From: an uncultured virus (IMG/VR IMGVR_UViG_3300002835_000029)
Taxonomy: Duplodnaviria > Heunggongvirae > Uroviricota > Caudoviricetes
Strand: one strand, 5' to 3'
IMG/VR virus record: IMGVR_UViG_3300002835_000029
Span: 1 to 64,000 of that record
DNA: 64,000 nt
Shown here: one piece after another, positions 1 to 9,243 of the stretch
Position numbering within the stretch: the stretch's first letter is position 1
Layout: the number at the start of each line of letters is the position of its first letter
Program-made: the position numbers and the translations under genes
The notes under the pieces: generated by a model
What the model was told of the DNA's origin: nothing
Databases searched by the model: none
The model's input: only the letters and a program-made list of their open reading frames with translations

Positions 1-804
1 CTCACTATTGATTTTGGGATTTTTGTTTTTTGTAGTAATTGTGCCAATAGGTTTGAGTAGTATGATTTGTGAATATTTGGAGAATAACTAATGATAACTA
101 TACCTCGTTGGGAATATTATCTTCTTTATTTTATTGCATTTATGCAATGTCTAAAATTTATAGATAGGATAGTTGAGTATAACAAATGAATCGTCTACAA
201 CAAGCCACCAAAACTTGGATAGAATCTGTGCAGAAATATTATGAGAATACTCCTCGTAATGAATTGACCCAAATTTATATGAGGGGATATTTTAGTGGTT
301 GGAGTGAGCGGGAGATATTGGGATTGGCCGAAAAACTACTAAAGAATGAACAAGACTATCCTTTGTATAGAGAGAATGAAGAATGAACGATAAACTCAGA
401 AAAGATGTTCAAGAGTTCTTGCTTGATTATGAAGAAAGACTTTTTATGTTAGGACTTCTTAATGGTGGTAATATAGAACATACTCTTGCTGATGATTTGA
501 AAACAACCAATTCCTTATTGGAAACTGCTGTTAATCTTTTGAGACAGTGTGTTGTTGATGACAATAAGATTGTTCCTCAAGAATGAACTATTTTCCTAAC
601 TTATAAAATAAGAAAATAATCCTACACCTGTAGAAAAAATTAGTGTGTCTGAAAAAGGTTAGGGGCTATAATAATTTAGATGCGGTGGGAATCTGCCGCT
701 TAAACATCTTTCGATGTTACTACGAAGCCTGAGTTAGCTGTGGTGGAACTACGGAGAACAAAGGAATCATAGAAAGGTATCTAACTTTTTCTATGAGGTG
801 ATTT

Positions 805-1050
805 ATGAAGACTAAAGTTTTAACAGAACAGAATAGGACTGAGTTTCAACGTAAGTATATCGACCATATTTTAGGATCTTTAAACTTTATGGAGATTAAA
901 GATAGACTAAGAGATTATCTAGAGGTCGAGAAAGATCATTCTTCCGTTTCTGCGTTAGAGGCAGAGATTAGACACGAAGCACCAGATGTGCTAGTGGATA
1001 ATTGGGAAGACATGAAAGGCCCAGCCACTTTAACAAAGAGTGGGAGGTAA
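805..1050 (+). CDS. Small hypothetical phage protein, paralog 1 of a tandem pair
   Basis: GAGGTG SD; aligns with the 1053..1316 protein (TEQN..RKYIDHI..DY..L.AEI...PDVL vs TEDN..RRYTDYI..DY..LQSEI...PEVL). Confidence 0.75.
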   Translation: MKTKVLTEQNRTEFQRKYIDHILGSLNFMEIKDRLRDYLEVEKDHSSVSALEAEIRHEAPDVLVDNWEDMKGPATLTKSGR

Positions 1051-1052
1051 TC

Positions 1053-1316
1053 ATGAAACGTATAATGACAATTACGGAAGATAATAAACCCTATGTTGTT
1101 AGAAGGTATACAGACTACATTACAAGTAGAATGGATAACCTAGAGCTACTAGAAGAATTTAAAGATTACTTCTTCAAGGAGAAAATCAACTATCCAGTTG
1201 ATACTCTACAAAGTGAAATCAATAAATTCTGTCCAGAAGTTTTAGAAGATCATATTGTAGAATCTGTAGTGGGAAAAGGATCAGAATTTTCTCGTAAGGC
1301 CCGACAAACTATATAA
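1053..1316 (+). CDS. Small hypothetical phage protein, paralog 2
   Basis: GGAGGT SD before ATG 1053; similar to the upstream ORF. Confidence 0.75.
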   Translation: MKRIMTITEDNKPYVVRRYTDYITSRMDNLELLEEFKDYFFKEKINYPVDTLQSEINKFCPEVLEDHIVESVVGKGSEFSRKARQTI

Positions 1317-1339
1317 TCATAAATAAAGAGAGGTGTATC

Positions 1340-1579
1340 ATGGCTAAAATATTTGACAGAGTTGTAAAATTTCATGTTCAAGGTGAAATCTACGGTGATG
1401 ATAACGTTGATCCAAATAGCGTAATCAATAACTATACTTGGACACAAAAAGACGTTGAAGGAGAAATCCATATTATTGGTCGCCACAAAGACAATCGTGG
1501 TAGAATCAACAAGATGGTAAAATTGTCAAAGGTTAGTCCTTGGCTTAGACCAAAAGGCGAACTCTTTGTTCAATTATAA
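1340..1579 (+). CDS. Hypothetical protein
   Basis: GAGGTG SD, 79 aa, followed by a terminator-like hairpin. Confidence 0.7.
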   Translation: MAKIFDRVVKFHVQGEIYGDDNVDPNSVINNYTWTQKDVEGEIHIIGRHKDNRGRINKMVKLSKVSPWLRPKGELFVQL

Positions 1580-1590
1580 TTGTTGAATAT

Positions 1591-1642
1591 GGTAGGGCGG
1601 GATAATTTAACCATTGGCCCGCCTTACCTATTCTTTTGTTTT
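1591..1642 (+). terminator. Intrinsic terminator
   Basis: GGTAGGGCGGG...CCCGCCTTACC stem followed by a T-rich tract. Confidence 0.6.
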
Positions 1643-1664
1643 AATTTCTAATTAAGGAGAATTT

Positions 1665-1874
1665 ATGAAGAATCTAATTTGTGCGGTTGCAATTGTTCTT
1701 GGGTCTGCTACACTTGCTAGTGCAGATTGTTGCAGCGGGTCATGTTCGACTAATCCAGTTAGGAAGGCTGGATCAACGGTTGTGAGCGTAACAAAGCGTG
1801 TTCTAACAGCACCATTTCGTATTGTAAAGAAGGCTAGGCAGAGTCGCCAGTGCGGCAGCAGTTGCTGTAACTGA
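1665..1874 (+). CDS. Exported Cys-rich small protein
   Basis: AAGGAG SD; signal peptide ending ASA; CCSGSC and CGSSCC motifs with a basic middle. Confidence 0.75.
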   Translation: MKNLICAVAIVLGSATLASADCCSGSCSTNPVRKAGSTVVSVTKRVLTAPFRIVKKARQSRQCGSSCCN

Positions 1875-2276
1875 ATTTAGTGAGATTGCCTAGCCAATGA
1901 AGTTTTTAGTAGTTGGCTAGGTATCTCATTATGACACTATTTCGCACCATAGTCCTTGAATATGACTTAATAGAAATTCACTATAACAAAAAATTAAAAA
2001 ACAAACCTTATCTTGTGAGAGTTTTCAGTTATAATAATAGCGATCCACATGAACTGAGAATAGATATTAGTGAGCTTAAAGATCTATATAAAATATTGAA
2101 ACAGCACAAAATTTTATGAAAAACCTAGTCTTGACAGAAGACGAGATAGATGTTATACTTTGGTTAATTGAAGATAGCTTTGATGATATACACGGTGGCC
2201 CGGAAGGTCTTTCCGAATGCATGAAGATCGAATTAGAAGTTATGAATGATCTTAAGAAAAAACTAGAAAAACTACT

Positions 2277-2690
2277 ATGATAAAACATTTTCCTATTAAC
2301 GATATAAATAAGATTGTAGAGCATTATTCTCAAAGAGATGGTGTTCCTATTAAATATGTTTGCACTACTGATATAAATAGCGATGACAATCCAGCAGATA
2401 TATTTTATAGGGAAACTCCACATCCAGATTTTGGTAACAGATATTTTTCATTAAGACCGCATTATGGAAAAGCTTACATTAGTAATGCTGATGGCGTAGA
2501 ATCACTAACTTTTGGCATGATAGAAGACGATGATGGTAATTTACAATATTCTCAATTCCATCACGATTATAAAGCATTTGATAATGGTAATATGATTGAT
2601 GGTGGACGAAAATATGTTAGATCATCCGGCAAGCCTATTTATTATGTTGTTCGTAATGGAGAGTTGACAACTGACAATACGGTGGTATAA
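2277..2690 (+). CDS. Hypothetical phage protein
   Basis: 137 aa ORF overlapping its neighbours; C-terminal IDGGRKY motif. Confidence 0.65.
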   Translation: MIKHFPINDINKIVEHYSQRDGVPIKYVCTTDINSDDNPADIFYRETPHPDFGNRYFSLRPHYGKAYISNADGVESLTFGMIEDDDGNLQYSQFHHDYKAFDNGNMIDGGRKYVRSSGKPIYYVVRNGELTTDNTVV

Positions 2691-2691
2691 T
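2664..2691 (+). promoter_or_regulatory. Sigma70-type promoter with extended -10
   Basis: TTGACA-16 bp-TATAAT, with TGG immediately before the -10. Confidence 0.55.
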
Positions 2692-3055
2692 GACTTTTAA
2701 TGAATGGCTAGAAGAAGTCGAATCATTTTCTTTACGAATGGAGAGAATATACGATGATCTTGTAAAATGCCCCAAAGATCCTGTGGATAATTGGTTACAA
2801 ATAAAAGATTGGCTAAAAGCAGCATATGACGAAGGATACAATCAAGGTATTAATATAAATGAATCAGAAACAAAAAGATAGAATACTTGAGATTATCAAA
2901 CTGTGTAGTGAAAAAGTTCAAGATCAAAAAGATCACGAATCTTCTGCTGGATATGGTGAAGATTATACTGATGGTAGAATTGTCGGCGGCGCTGCGTTAG
3001 CCCGACGAATATTAGATATATTAAAGGGGTTTCAAATTTAACAAAAAGGAATATT

Positions 3056-3214
3056 ATGAACAGTCGAAATTATTTTATTGTTGCCGCATTTGCTAGTTTT
3101 GTTTTTAGTGTTACACTATGGTTTGCAGGAGATAGTGACCTTAATAGGCAACAGGCACTATTCGTAGGATTGTGGGTTCCAAGTATACTTTCTTTAGGAA
3201 ATTTATTCAAATGA
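3056..3214 (+). CDS. Small two-TM membrane protein (52 aa, below the ORF-track cutoff)
   Basis: AAGGA SD; MNSRNYFIVAAFASFVFSVTLWFAG...ALFVGLWVPSILSLGNLFK; ATGA overlap with the next ORF. Confidence 0.7.
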   Translation: MNSRNYFIVAAFASFVFSVTLWFAGDSDLNRQQALFVGLWVPSILSLGNLFK

Positions 3215-3360
3215 ACAATTTTACCATATTTATCGTGGGTATAGTAGTAACTCTCATAACTGGTATGGGGGTTATTACTAGCCAAGTATTTATGGGCTAT
3301 AAAAAGCCAAAGATTCATCAACAGGACGTTAAATATGATGTTGTCAGCAAGTCTGCTTAA
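3211..3360 (+). CDS. Small single-TM membrane protein
   Basis: ATG 3211 overlaps the upstream stop; hydrophobic FTIFIVGIVVTLITGMGV. Confidence 0.6.
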   Translation: MNNFTIFIVGIVVTLITGMGVITSQVFMGYKKPKIHQQDVKYDVVSKSA

Positions 3361-3429
3361 AATATTTGAAGTATGTTGTGGCATATTATTGGCACGATCT
3401 ATACTTTACATAGTAAGTAAAGTTAAAAG

Positions 3430-3714
3430 ATGAAAACATACAAAGAAGAAATTAGAAAAGCAATTGATAATGTCATTTGCGATTGCTGTGGTCAATCTTG
3501 TGATACCATAAATATGGGGCCATCATGGGCTAGTCTTGGTGCTACTTGGGGTTATGGTTGCAAGGATGATGGTATGGAGTATGATATTGATTTGTGTGAA
3601 GATTGTTTTACTGAAGTATTACATTTTATCAAAGATAAAAAACGAAAAGTTTTAGGGGGATTCAATTACCCATATGATCATGATCCTTTAAATGGAAAGA
3701 GATATTTCCCATGA
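3430..3714 (+). CDS. Zn-binding hypothetical protein
   Basis: CDCC and CEDC motifs. Confidence 0.65.
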   Translation: MKTYKEEIRKAIDNVICDCCGQSCDTINMGPSWASLGATWGYGCKDDGMEYDIDLCEDCFTEVLHFIKDKKRKVLGGFNYPYDHDPLNGKRYFP

Positions 3715-3959
3715 ATGATTTTTCTTACATAACCGCACTAACAATCTTTGTTACTTATGTTGCAATTGATATGTTATACGCTTGGTACATTATGAGCGTT
3801 AACAAAAAGCGGGCCTTTACAGCAGCAGTTTTGACTAGTATAATCTACAGTCTACTGGCATTTGGCGTAGTATCATATAGTAAGAACATTTATTACTTAA
3901 TCCCGCTAGCGTCTGGAGCGTTTCTTGGTACATATTTAATGGTTAAATTTAAGGAATAA
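3711..3959 (+). CDS. Small three-TM membrane protein
   Basis: 82 aa with three hydrophobic segments. Confidence 0.65.
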   Translation: MNDFSYITALTIFVTYVAIDMLYAWYIMSVNKKRAFTAAVLTSIIYSLLAFGVVSYSKNIYYLIPLASGAFLGTYLMVKFKE

Positions 3960-4181
3960 TATGAAAGCTACATTTGAATTTGATCTTCCAGAAGATCAGC
4001 GTGAGTATGACGTAATGAATCAAGCAATCCGTATGCAAAAAGTATTATGGGATTTAAGCGAAGCATTACGCACATGGGAAAAATATGGTGATCCATTTAC
4101 AGATGCCCGTGATGCTGTAGTCAAAATAAGAGAAGAGTTTTACAGAATACTTAACAATTATGAAGTGAATATTGATCTATA

Positions 4182-4913
4182 ATGTTTAAAATTATAAAAC
4201 AATCCCGAATTAATTACTGGAGTTGCTCACATTTCGCTGACCTTATTAGGGGAAACACTAAGCCATTAGCATTAGGTTTAGATGAATGGGAAACTTGGAG
4301 ACAAGAATCTAAAACAAAACACCCTTTACGACACTGGATTGCTGAAGAAGTTCTAAACTTTTTACAGGACATTGTGCATCTTCCTATGGATATTTACTAT
4401 ACCATAGAAGTTTATGTTCGTAACAGATATATTGACAAACTTCATTATTTACGAACAGGACTAAAGCCGGGGAAGTATTATGATCTTGACTATCGTATTC
4501 TTCATGGTCTTTTTAATGAGTTAGTTCTTTTTGTTGAGAGTGATCAGGCTCATTTGATGAAAGCATATCCAGAGCGTAACTATAAGTTTGTTAACGGAAG
4601 ATGCAAACAAGCAGGATTAGACTATTTAAATTGGGCCTGTGACCTTAAACTTAATGAAGATAATGGTTTTAATCCAGATGATGAAGATTACAATAAGGCA
4701 ACAGCACAAGCAATAGCCTCTCAAAAGATTTTGGAACTTTACAATTGGTGGCTAGATAGAGACTACAGGGCGAATCCATATGATCTGTTCACTAAAGAAA
4801 AAGACGGAAAGTATTACTATCGCAAAATTGATGAGATGGAGCATAAGTATGACGAAGAAGATACTGAAAAACTAATTGAACTAATTAAGATTAGGAGTTC
4901 GCTATGGACTTAA
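4182..4913 (+). CDS. Hypothetical phage protein
   Basis: 243 aa Trp-rich ORF coupled to its neighbours. Confidence 0.7.
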   Translation: MFKIIKQSRINYWSCSHFADLIRGNTKPLALGLDEWETWRQESKTKHPLRHWIAEEVLNFLQDIVHLPMDIYYTIEVYVRNRYIDKLHYLRTGLKPGKYYDLDYRILHGLFNELVLFVESDQAHLMKAYPERNYKFVNGRCKQAGLDYLNWACDLKLNEDNGFNPDDEDYNKATAQAIASQKILELYNWWLDRDYRANPYDLFTKEKDGKYYYRKIDEMEHKYDEEDTEKLIELIKIRSSLWT

Positions 4914-5263
4914 ATGGTACACTAAAAGCAGTTTTTGATAAGCCAGACTTAGAATATGATCTCATTAATAATGAACGTATAGTAGCCAAATGTATTAATA
5001 GCCAAGTCTATTGCACAGACCTATATGGGGCTTTGTGCAATAACAGATTCTTTTATGGTGATAAAGAGTGGACTTGCTCATGGAGAATGTCTGGCGGCAT
5101 AGTAGCTGATATAATCAATAGTGGAGAATATATGGATTGGTATTGTTCTGGCAACGAAGGGGTTGTTACTGATGAAATTAAATTAGATTTAATGATGATG
5201 GGATGGACTGTTAAACCTTATGAGCCAAGATTACAACCGGGAATTTATAGAAATGAATGGTAA
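4904..5263 (+). CDS. Hypothetical phage protein
   Basis: 119 aa; LYGALCNN, CSWR and YMDWYCSG motifs. Confidence 0.7.
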   Translation: MDLNGTLKAVFDKPDLEYDLINNERIVAKCINSQVYCTDLYGALCNNRFFYGDKEWTCSWRMSGGIVADIINSGEYMDWYCSGNEGVVTDEIKLDLMMMGWTVKPYEPRLQPGIYRNEW

Positions 5264-6232
5264 TCTCACAAAAGAACAAAAGTTTGCTATCTTTTGGTGT
5301 TTCAATAATGCCATGAAATATATGGAAATTGATGAATATGATTCTAACAAAGATATAGTTGTAAACGGAATAAATATTAATGAAACTATTGCAGAATTGC
5401 TAAAGGACAGGTTATTTGTATGAACATTGATATTTCTAAAAATGAGGCTTGGAAGATTATAGATGCTATACAGGCATATAAAAAAGACTATGCATTAACA
5501 GCACCGGTTATTAAAACTATAGAGAATATCACAAAAAAGCTAAAGGCAATAACCAATGAGTAAAAGAGAACAACAACTAAATGAGTATATGAAAGAAAAG
5601 TACGAAAACAGTATAGGTATACAAGATACTAAGAAACGAATAGATTTCATAAACGAACAAATTCAATACTTAGAAAATGAAAGATTCTATCTAATATCTA
5701 AACTATTTAATGAGCAAAGCAAAAAATTTGTTATGGAGAACCATGAAGATTAATAACAAGACTCATATAACTATGAGCGATGAAGATGTTAAGGATGCTA
5801 TTATAAAGTATCTTTATCAAAATCAAGGAATAAGTGGAATTTTTGACGTTAAATTCAAAATTGTAAATGAACCAATTCCAACCCACAACTATATAGATAG
5901 TATAGATCATTGGGTATTTGATGGTGCAGAAATTGAGGTCGATTTAAATGAATGAACCAACCGCTTGGACAATATTGGGTATAGTATATATTATATGTGC
6001 AATAGTCACAGTAATAATCTGTCAAATTGAGAAAAGATGATTTGCTTTAAAATAAATCCAGAACTTACATGCGAAAAGGTATGTAATGCTCTGAAAAAAT
6101 TACTGGATGGTGGAAATCACCAAGGAGATACATTCTTGGTGATCACCATCAAAAAGGTAGAACAAACAAATGATGATTTAATACCCAAGTTAACATACGA
6201 GGGTGGTGTTGATAATAATGATTGATTAAAAA

Positions 6233-6239
6233 GTGTATA
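6233..6239 (+). promoter_or_regulatory. GTGTATA candidate phage-sigma (late) promoter
   Basis: Same heptamer lies 41-82 nt upstream of starts at 6286, 8186, 8881, 23378, 45505 and 10373(-). Confidence 0.5.
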
Positions 6240-6285
6240 TATATTCAAGGTAGAATATATTATTTACCAACTGGAGGGTTATAGC

Positions 6286-6627
6286 ATGAGAAATACACTA
6301 GTATCTATCCTTTTGATTTCGTGTTTAATATCTATCGCTTCTGTTTTTGCTTTTGATAATACAAACGAAAAGGTTTTAATCATATTTTCCGCCGATTGGT
6401 GTAAATACTGCCACATAGCTAAGAATGATATGAAGAATGACCCACAACTATCAGAGATTGTAAAAAATTATACCATCGTAGACGTAGATTTTGATGTTGA
6501 CAAAGACATCGTTGAAGGCTACAATATAAAGACGATCCCTGCCTTTGTGGTTTTCGAAAACGGTAAAGAGAAGGGAAGGAAGATTGGCTATAATGGGCCA
6601 AGCGGTTTAATAAACTTCTTAAAATAA
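6286..6627 (+). CDS. Thioredoxin-family protein with signal peptide
   Basis: FSADWCKYC CxxC, cis-Pro TIP motif, hydrophobic N-terminus ending VFA. Confidence 0.85.
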   Translation: MRNTLVSILLISCLISIASVFAFDNTNEKVLIIFSADWCKYCHIAKNDMKNDPQLSEIVKNYTIVDVDFDVDKDIVEGYNIKTIPAFVVFENGKEKGRKIGYNGPSGLINFLK

Positions 6628-6975
6628 GGGGGCGAAAGGTATCGACAGGTAAACGGATATATAGATGGCATCCACTGGTTAATCGACCGGCCAGTATAAA
6701 AGTCGATTAAAATGTTAGTTGGCGAAACTCGTTTCGCTCTCGCTGCCTGACCTAGTTAGGCAAGAGTGCGGTGGCATGAACCGTATTGCCCAATCATGCT
6801 GACTCCGATAATCGGATATGGTATCCTCACCAAACATAAATGGGGGTAATGATTGTATTCAATCTGACACAGATAATTCTGTTAGCTTTGTTAGCTGTGC
6901 GAGAACAACTAACTAAGGATGTAGATGTTTATATTGAAATTATTCTGGACGCGAGTTCGATTCTCGCCGCCTCCA
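6628..6975 (+). ncRNA. ssrA: tmRNA
   Basis: GGGGGCG/CGCCTCC acceptor stem with G3.U, T-arm GCGAG-TTCGATT-CTCGC, pk1 (ACTGG/CCAGT, TTAATCGAC/GTCGATTAA), tag frame 6721..6750 GETRFALAA*. Confidence 0.93.
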
Positions 6976-6976
6976 C

Positions 6977-7005
6977 TTGACAATAGCAACTAATAGAGAT
7001 ACAAT
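6977..7005 (+). promoter_or_regulatory. Sigma70 promoter for the tRNA
   Basis: TTGACA(6977)-17 bp-TACAAT(7000). Confidence 0.7.
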
Positions 7006-7010
7006 TAGTA

Positions 7011-7097
7011 GGAAGAATGGCAGAGTGGACTAATGCATCTGATTACTAATCAGAAGAAGCGTAAAAACTTCCGTGGGTTCGAATCCTACTTCTTCCG
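7011..7097 (+). tRNA. tRNA-Ser, anticodon ACT (ACU)
   Basis: GGAAGAA/TTCTTCC acceptor, G73, anticodon arm TCTGA-TT[ACT]AA-TCAGA, long variable arm GAAG/CTTC, TTCGAAT T-loop; CCA not encoded. Confidence 0.9.
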
Positions 7098-7122
7098 TTA
7101 CTTTTTTATGAAAGGTTGAATA

Positions 7123-7413
7123 ATGACTGTCAAAGAATTGCAAGACAATGGATACAAAGTAAAAGTTTTTCACAACCGTCTTTATAATGGATATCATGCT
7201 TGGCAAAACGGTAAGAGAGTCTATGGTTATACTGATGGAATTATTGGCCCAGATACCAAGGGTGGCTCTACCGAAGTTATTATTGATTCTCCTACTGGCG
7301 AACGTTTTCATGGACTTGCTATTTGTAGCACAGAAGATAACTATGATAAGAAACTTGGTGTTAGAATAGCACTTGGGAGGGCTTTATATGCAAATGAATC
7401 AACTAGAGTTTGA
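7123..7413 (+). CDS. Small phage protein with GxAxCSxxDNYxKKxGxxIAxxRA motif
   Basis: 96 aa; the motif resembles a widespread small phage alpha/beta family. Confidence 0.65.
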   Translation: MTVKELQDNGYKVKVFHNRLYNGYHAWQNGKRVYGYTDGIIGPDTKGGSTEVIIDSPTGERFHGLAICSTEDNYDKKLGVRIALGRALYANESTRV

Positions 7414-7957
7414 TTTTTCAGAAGATCAAGTAGACGATGAAGAAGAGTTAACCACAGTAATCTTGAATGGAATTCCAATAAAAGAATACAGCGTTTCAAA
7501 AAGTGGTAATATATACTCTCATTTTAAAAGAATTAATGAGGAAAAAAGTGGTTATCGTATTTGCATTATTGATACTTCATATAAAAAACTTTTAAAACCT
7601 CGTATATGTAAGCAAGGATATAATAAGGTGGATATTTCATTTGATTGTGGTACTTTTGATTATGAATATAGCTCAAAAGGAAGATATGGAGCTAAAAGAC
7701 AATCATTAAATTGTCGAGTTCATAAATTAGTAATTGATAGCTGGAAGCCATTTGATCAAAATCTACCAAAAGAAATTAATGCAAAAGACTATAAAAAGAC
7801 TCCAGAATCTATCAAAGTATTTCTAAGAGAGTTATTCATCGTCAATCATATAGATCACAATAAGTCTAATAATAGCCTTGATAATTTAGAGAGAGTAACC
7901 CACAAGCAAAATGCTAGGGCGGCAGTAAAACATTATGGATCAATAGATGAAGATTAA
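7388..7957 (+). CDS. NUMOD4-like/HNH homing endonuclease
   Basis: YSVSKSGNIYS, RVHKLV, VNHIDHNKSNNSLDNLE. Confidence 0.8.
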   Translation: MQMNQLEFDFSEDQVDDEEELTTVILNGIPIKEYSVSKSGNIYSHFKRINEEKSGYRICIIDTSYKKLLKPRICKQGYNKVDISFDCGTFDYEYSSKGRYGAKRQSLNCRVHKLVIDSWKPFDQNLPKEINAKDYKKTPESIKVFLRELFIVNHIDHNKSNNSLDNLERVTHKQNARAAVKHYGSIDED

Positions 7958-8185
7958 TATAAATGACTTTCCAGTAGATATAGATGACTATATAAATAAA
8001 CTGTTGAGGGATATAGAATCCCTTAAAAATATAGTAGAATCATTAAAACTGGAAGTAAAAACCCAAAGAAAAGAAATAGCCCTACTTAGAGAAGAAAGAA
8101 AAGCCATTTTAGACAACGATAAACCCCCCGGTTGGTGTATAAAATGGTAGCCTACCTAAAATATCCCACCTTAAGGAGTTTATTC

Positions 8186-8356
8186 ATGAAATATACATTT
8201 GTAGCATTATTACTTTCAATATTAGTATCATCTTTATCGGTAAATTTACTATATATTGACATACTTAATGAAATTAATCAGAGCCACAGTGTAAATGAGC
8301 ACAAGATGAGTATAATAATGGAAAAGGTAGATGAGCTAACATACAAAGCAGAGTAG
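8186..8356 (+). CDS. Small membrane-anchored or exported protein
   Basis: AAGGAG SD before ATG 8186; hydrophobic N-terminus. Confidence 0.6.
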   Translation: MKYTFVALLLSILVSSLSVNLLYIDILNEINQSHSVNEHKMSIIMEKVDELTYKAE

Positions 8357-8483
8357 ATTTATGTTTTTATGGCTAAATGACAGACTATTTAATAGATATC
8401 TAAAAGTTTTGCGAAAGATGGATATGCGTAGTATCTATCCTATAGCATTTAAGTGTGATTTTTTATACAGAGAGGAATTTTCT

Positions 8484-8777
8484 ATGGCACTAGTTTATAA
8501 TGTAACCGCTGGCCCAGTTGTTGATAGTGACGTTTCAGAGCGTAGACTTTCAGTGGCTGTTAATGGTGAAGTTCGTTCAACATCGCCCTTCCCAGCAAAT
8601 ACCACCAGTTTTGGTGAGCTATCATTCTCAGATAATGATAGTGTTGTTTTAACCTTAGTAGACGTTGACGATGCTGGCAATGTAAGTTCGCCAGCCACCG
8701 TGGAGTTTACTGCTGTTGATACTGTACCTCCCGTAGCACCGGGTGAATTTGGCGTGGCTTTTGTTCGTGAAGAGTGA
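8484..8777 (+). CDS. Ig-like beta-sandwich protein, possibly virion decoration; may start at 8361
   Basis: GAGGA SD; DDAGNVS...DTVPP signature of bacterial Ig-like domains. Confidence 0.6.
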   Translation: MALVYNVTAGPVVDSDVSERRLSVAVNGEVRSTSPFPANTTSFGELSFSDNDSVVLTLVDVDDAGNVSSPATVEFTAVDTVPPVAPGEFGVAFVREE

Positions 8778-8805
8778 ACAATAGTTACCTAATAAGTAAT
8801 GAATC

Positions 8806-8834
8806 AGGGGGTGGCGAAAGCTGCCCCCTTTTTT
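8806..8834 (+). terminator. Intrinsic terminator
   Basis: AGGGGGTGGC-GAAA-GCTGCCCCCT followed by a T-tract. Confidence 0.85.
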
Positions 8835-8880
8835 ATTTAGTGTATATATATAAGGGTTTTTTTAATCTTATGGGAAAATT

Positions 8881-9243
8881 ATGTTTAATTGGTTAAGAGA
8901 TAAAATATCTGACTATTCTAGATCGCCCAAGTGGTCTAACGTCAGGAAGGAACATTTAAAACATCAATCAATTTGTCAGGCGTGTAGGAGAAAAAACGAT
9001 CTACAAGTTCATCACATAATACCATATCATTTAGATCCAAGTAATGAATTAAATCCAGATAATTTAATCACATTATGCTCTGATTGTCATCTATTATTGG
9101 GCCATTTGATGGACTACAAAAGCTGGAATACAAATGTAGTCACTGACTGTGAACAAATATCACTCAAAATCAAGAATAGGCCATATAATGAACAAACTTA
9201 TCAACAACCTCGTAGTTGGATTTCTTATTGGTTTAATATCTAA
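8881..9243 (+). CDS. HNH endonuclease
   Basis: CQAC...VHHIIP...NLITLCSDCH. Confidence 0.85.
   Translation: MFNWLRDKISDYSRSPKWSNVRKEHLKHQSICQACRRKNDLQVHHIIPYHLDPSNELNPDNLITLCSDCHLLLGHLMDYKSWNTNVVTDCEQISLKIKNRPYNEQTYQQPRSWISYWFNI

Noticed and set aside
680..725. Fluoride riboswitch or hammerhead ribozyme
   Set aside because: Lacks the GGCGAUGG...UCGCC core and the CUGANGA core
7045..7047. AGA recoded to Ser through an inosine-modified tRNA(ACU)
   Set aside because: AGA encodes conserved Arg residues, e.g. in the thyX RHRxF motif
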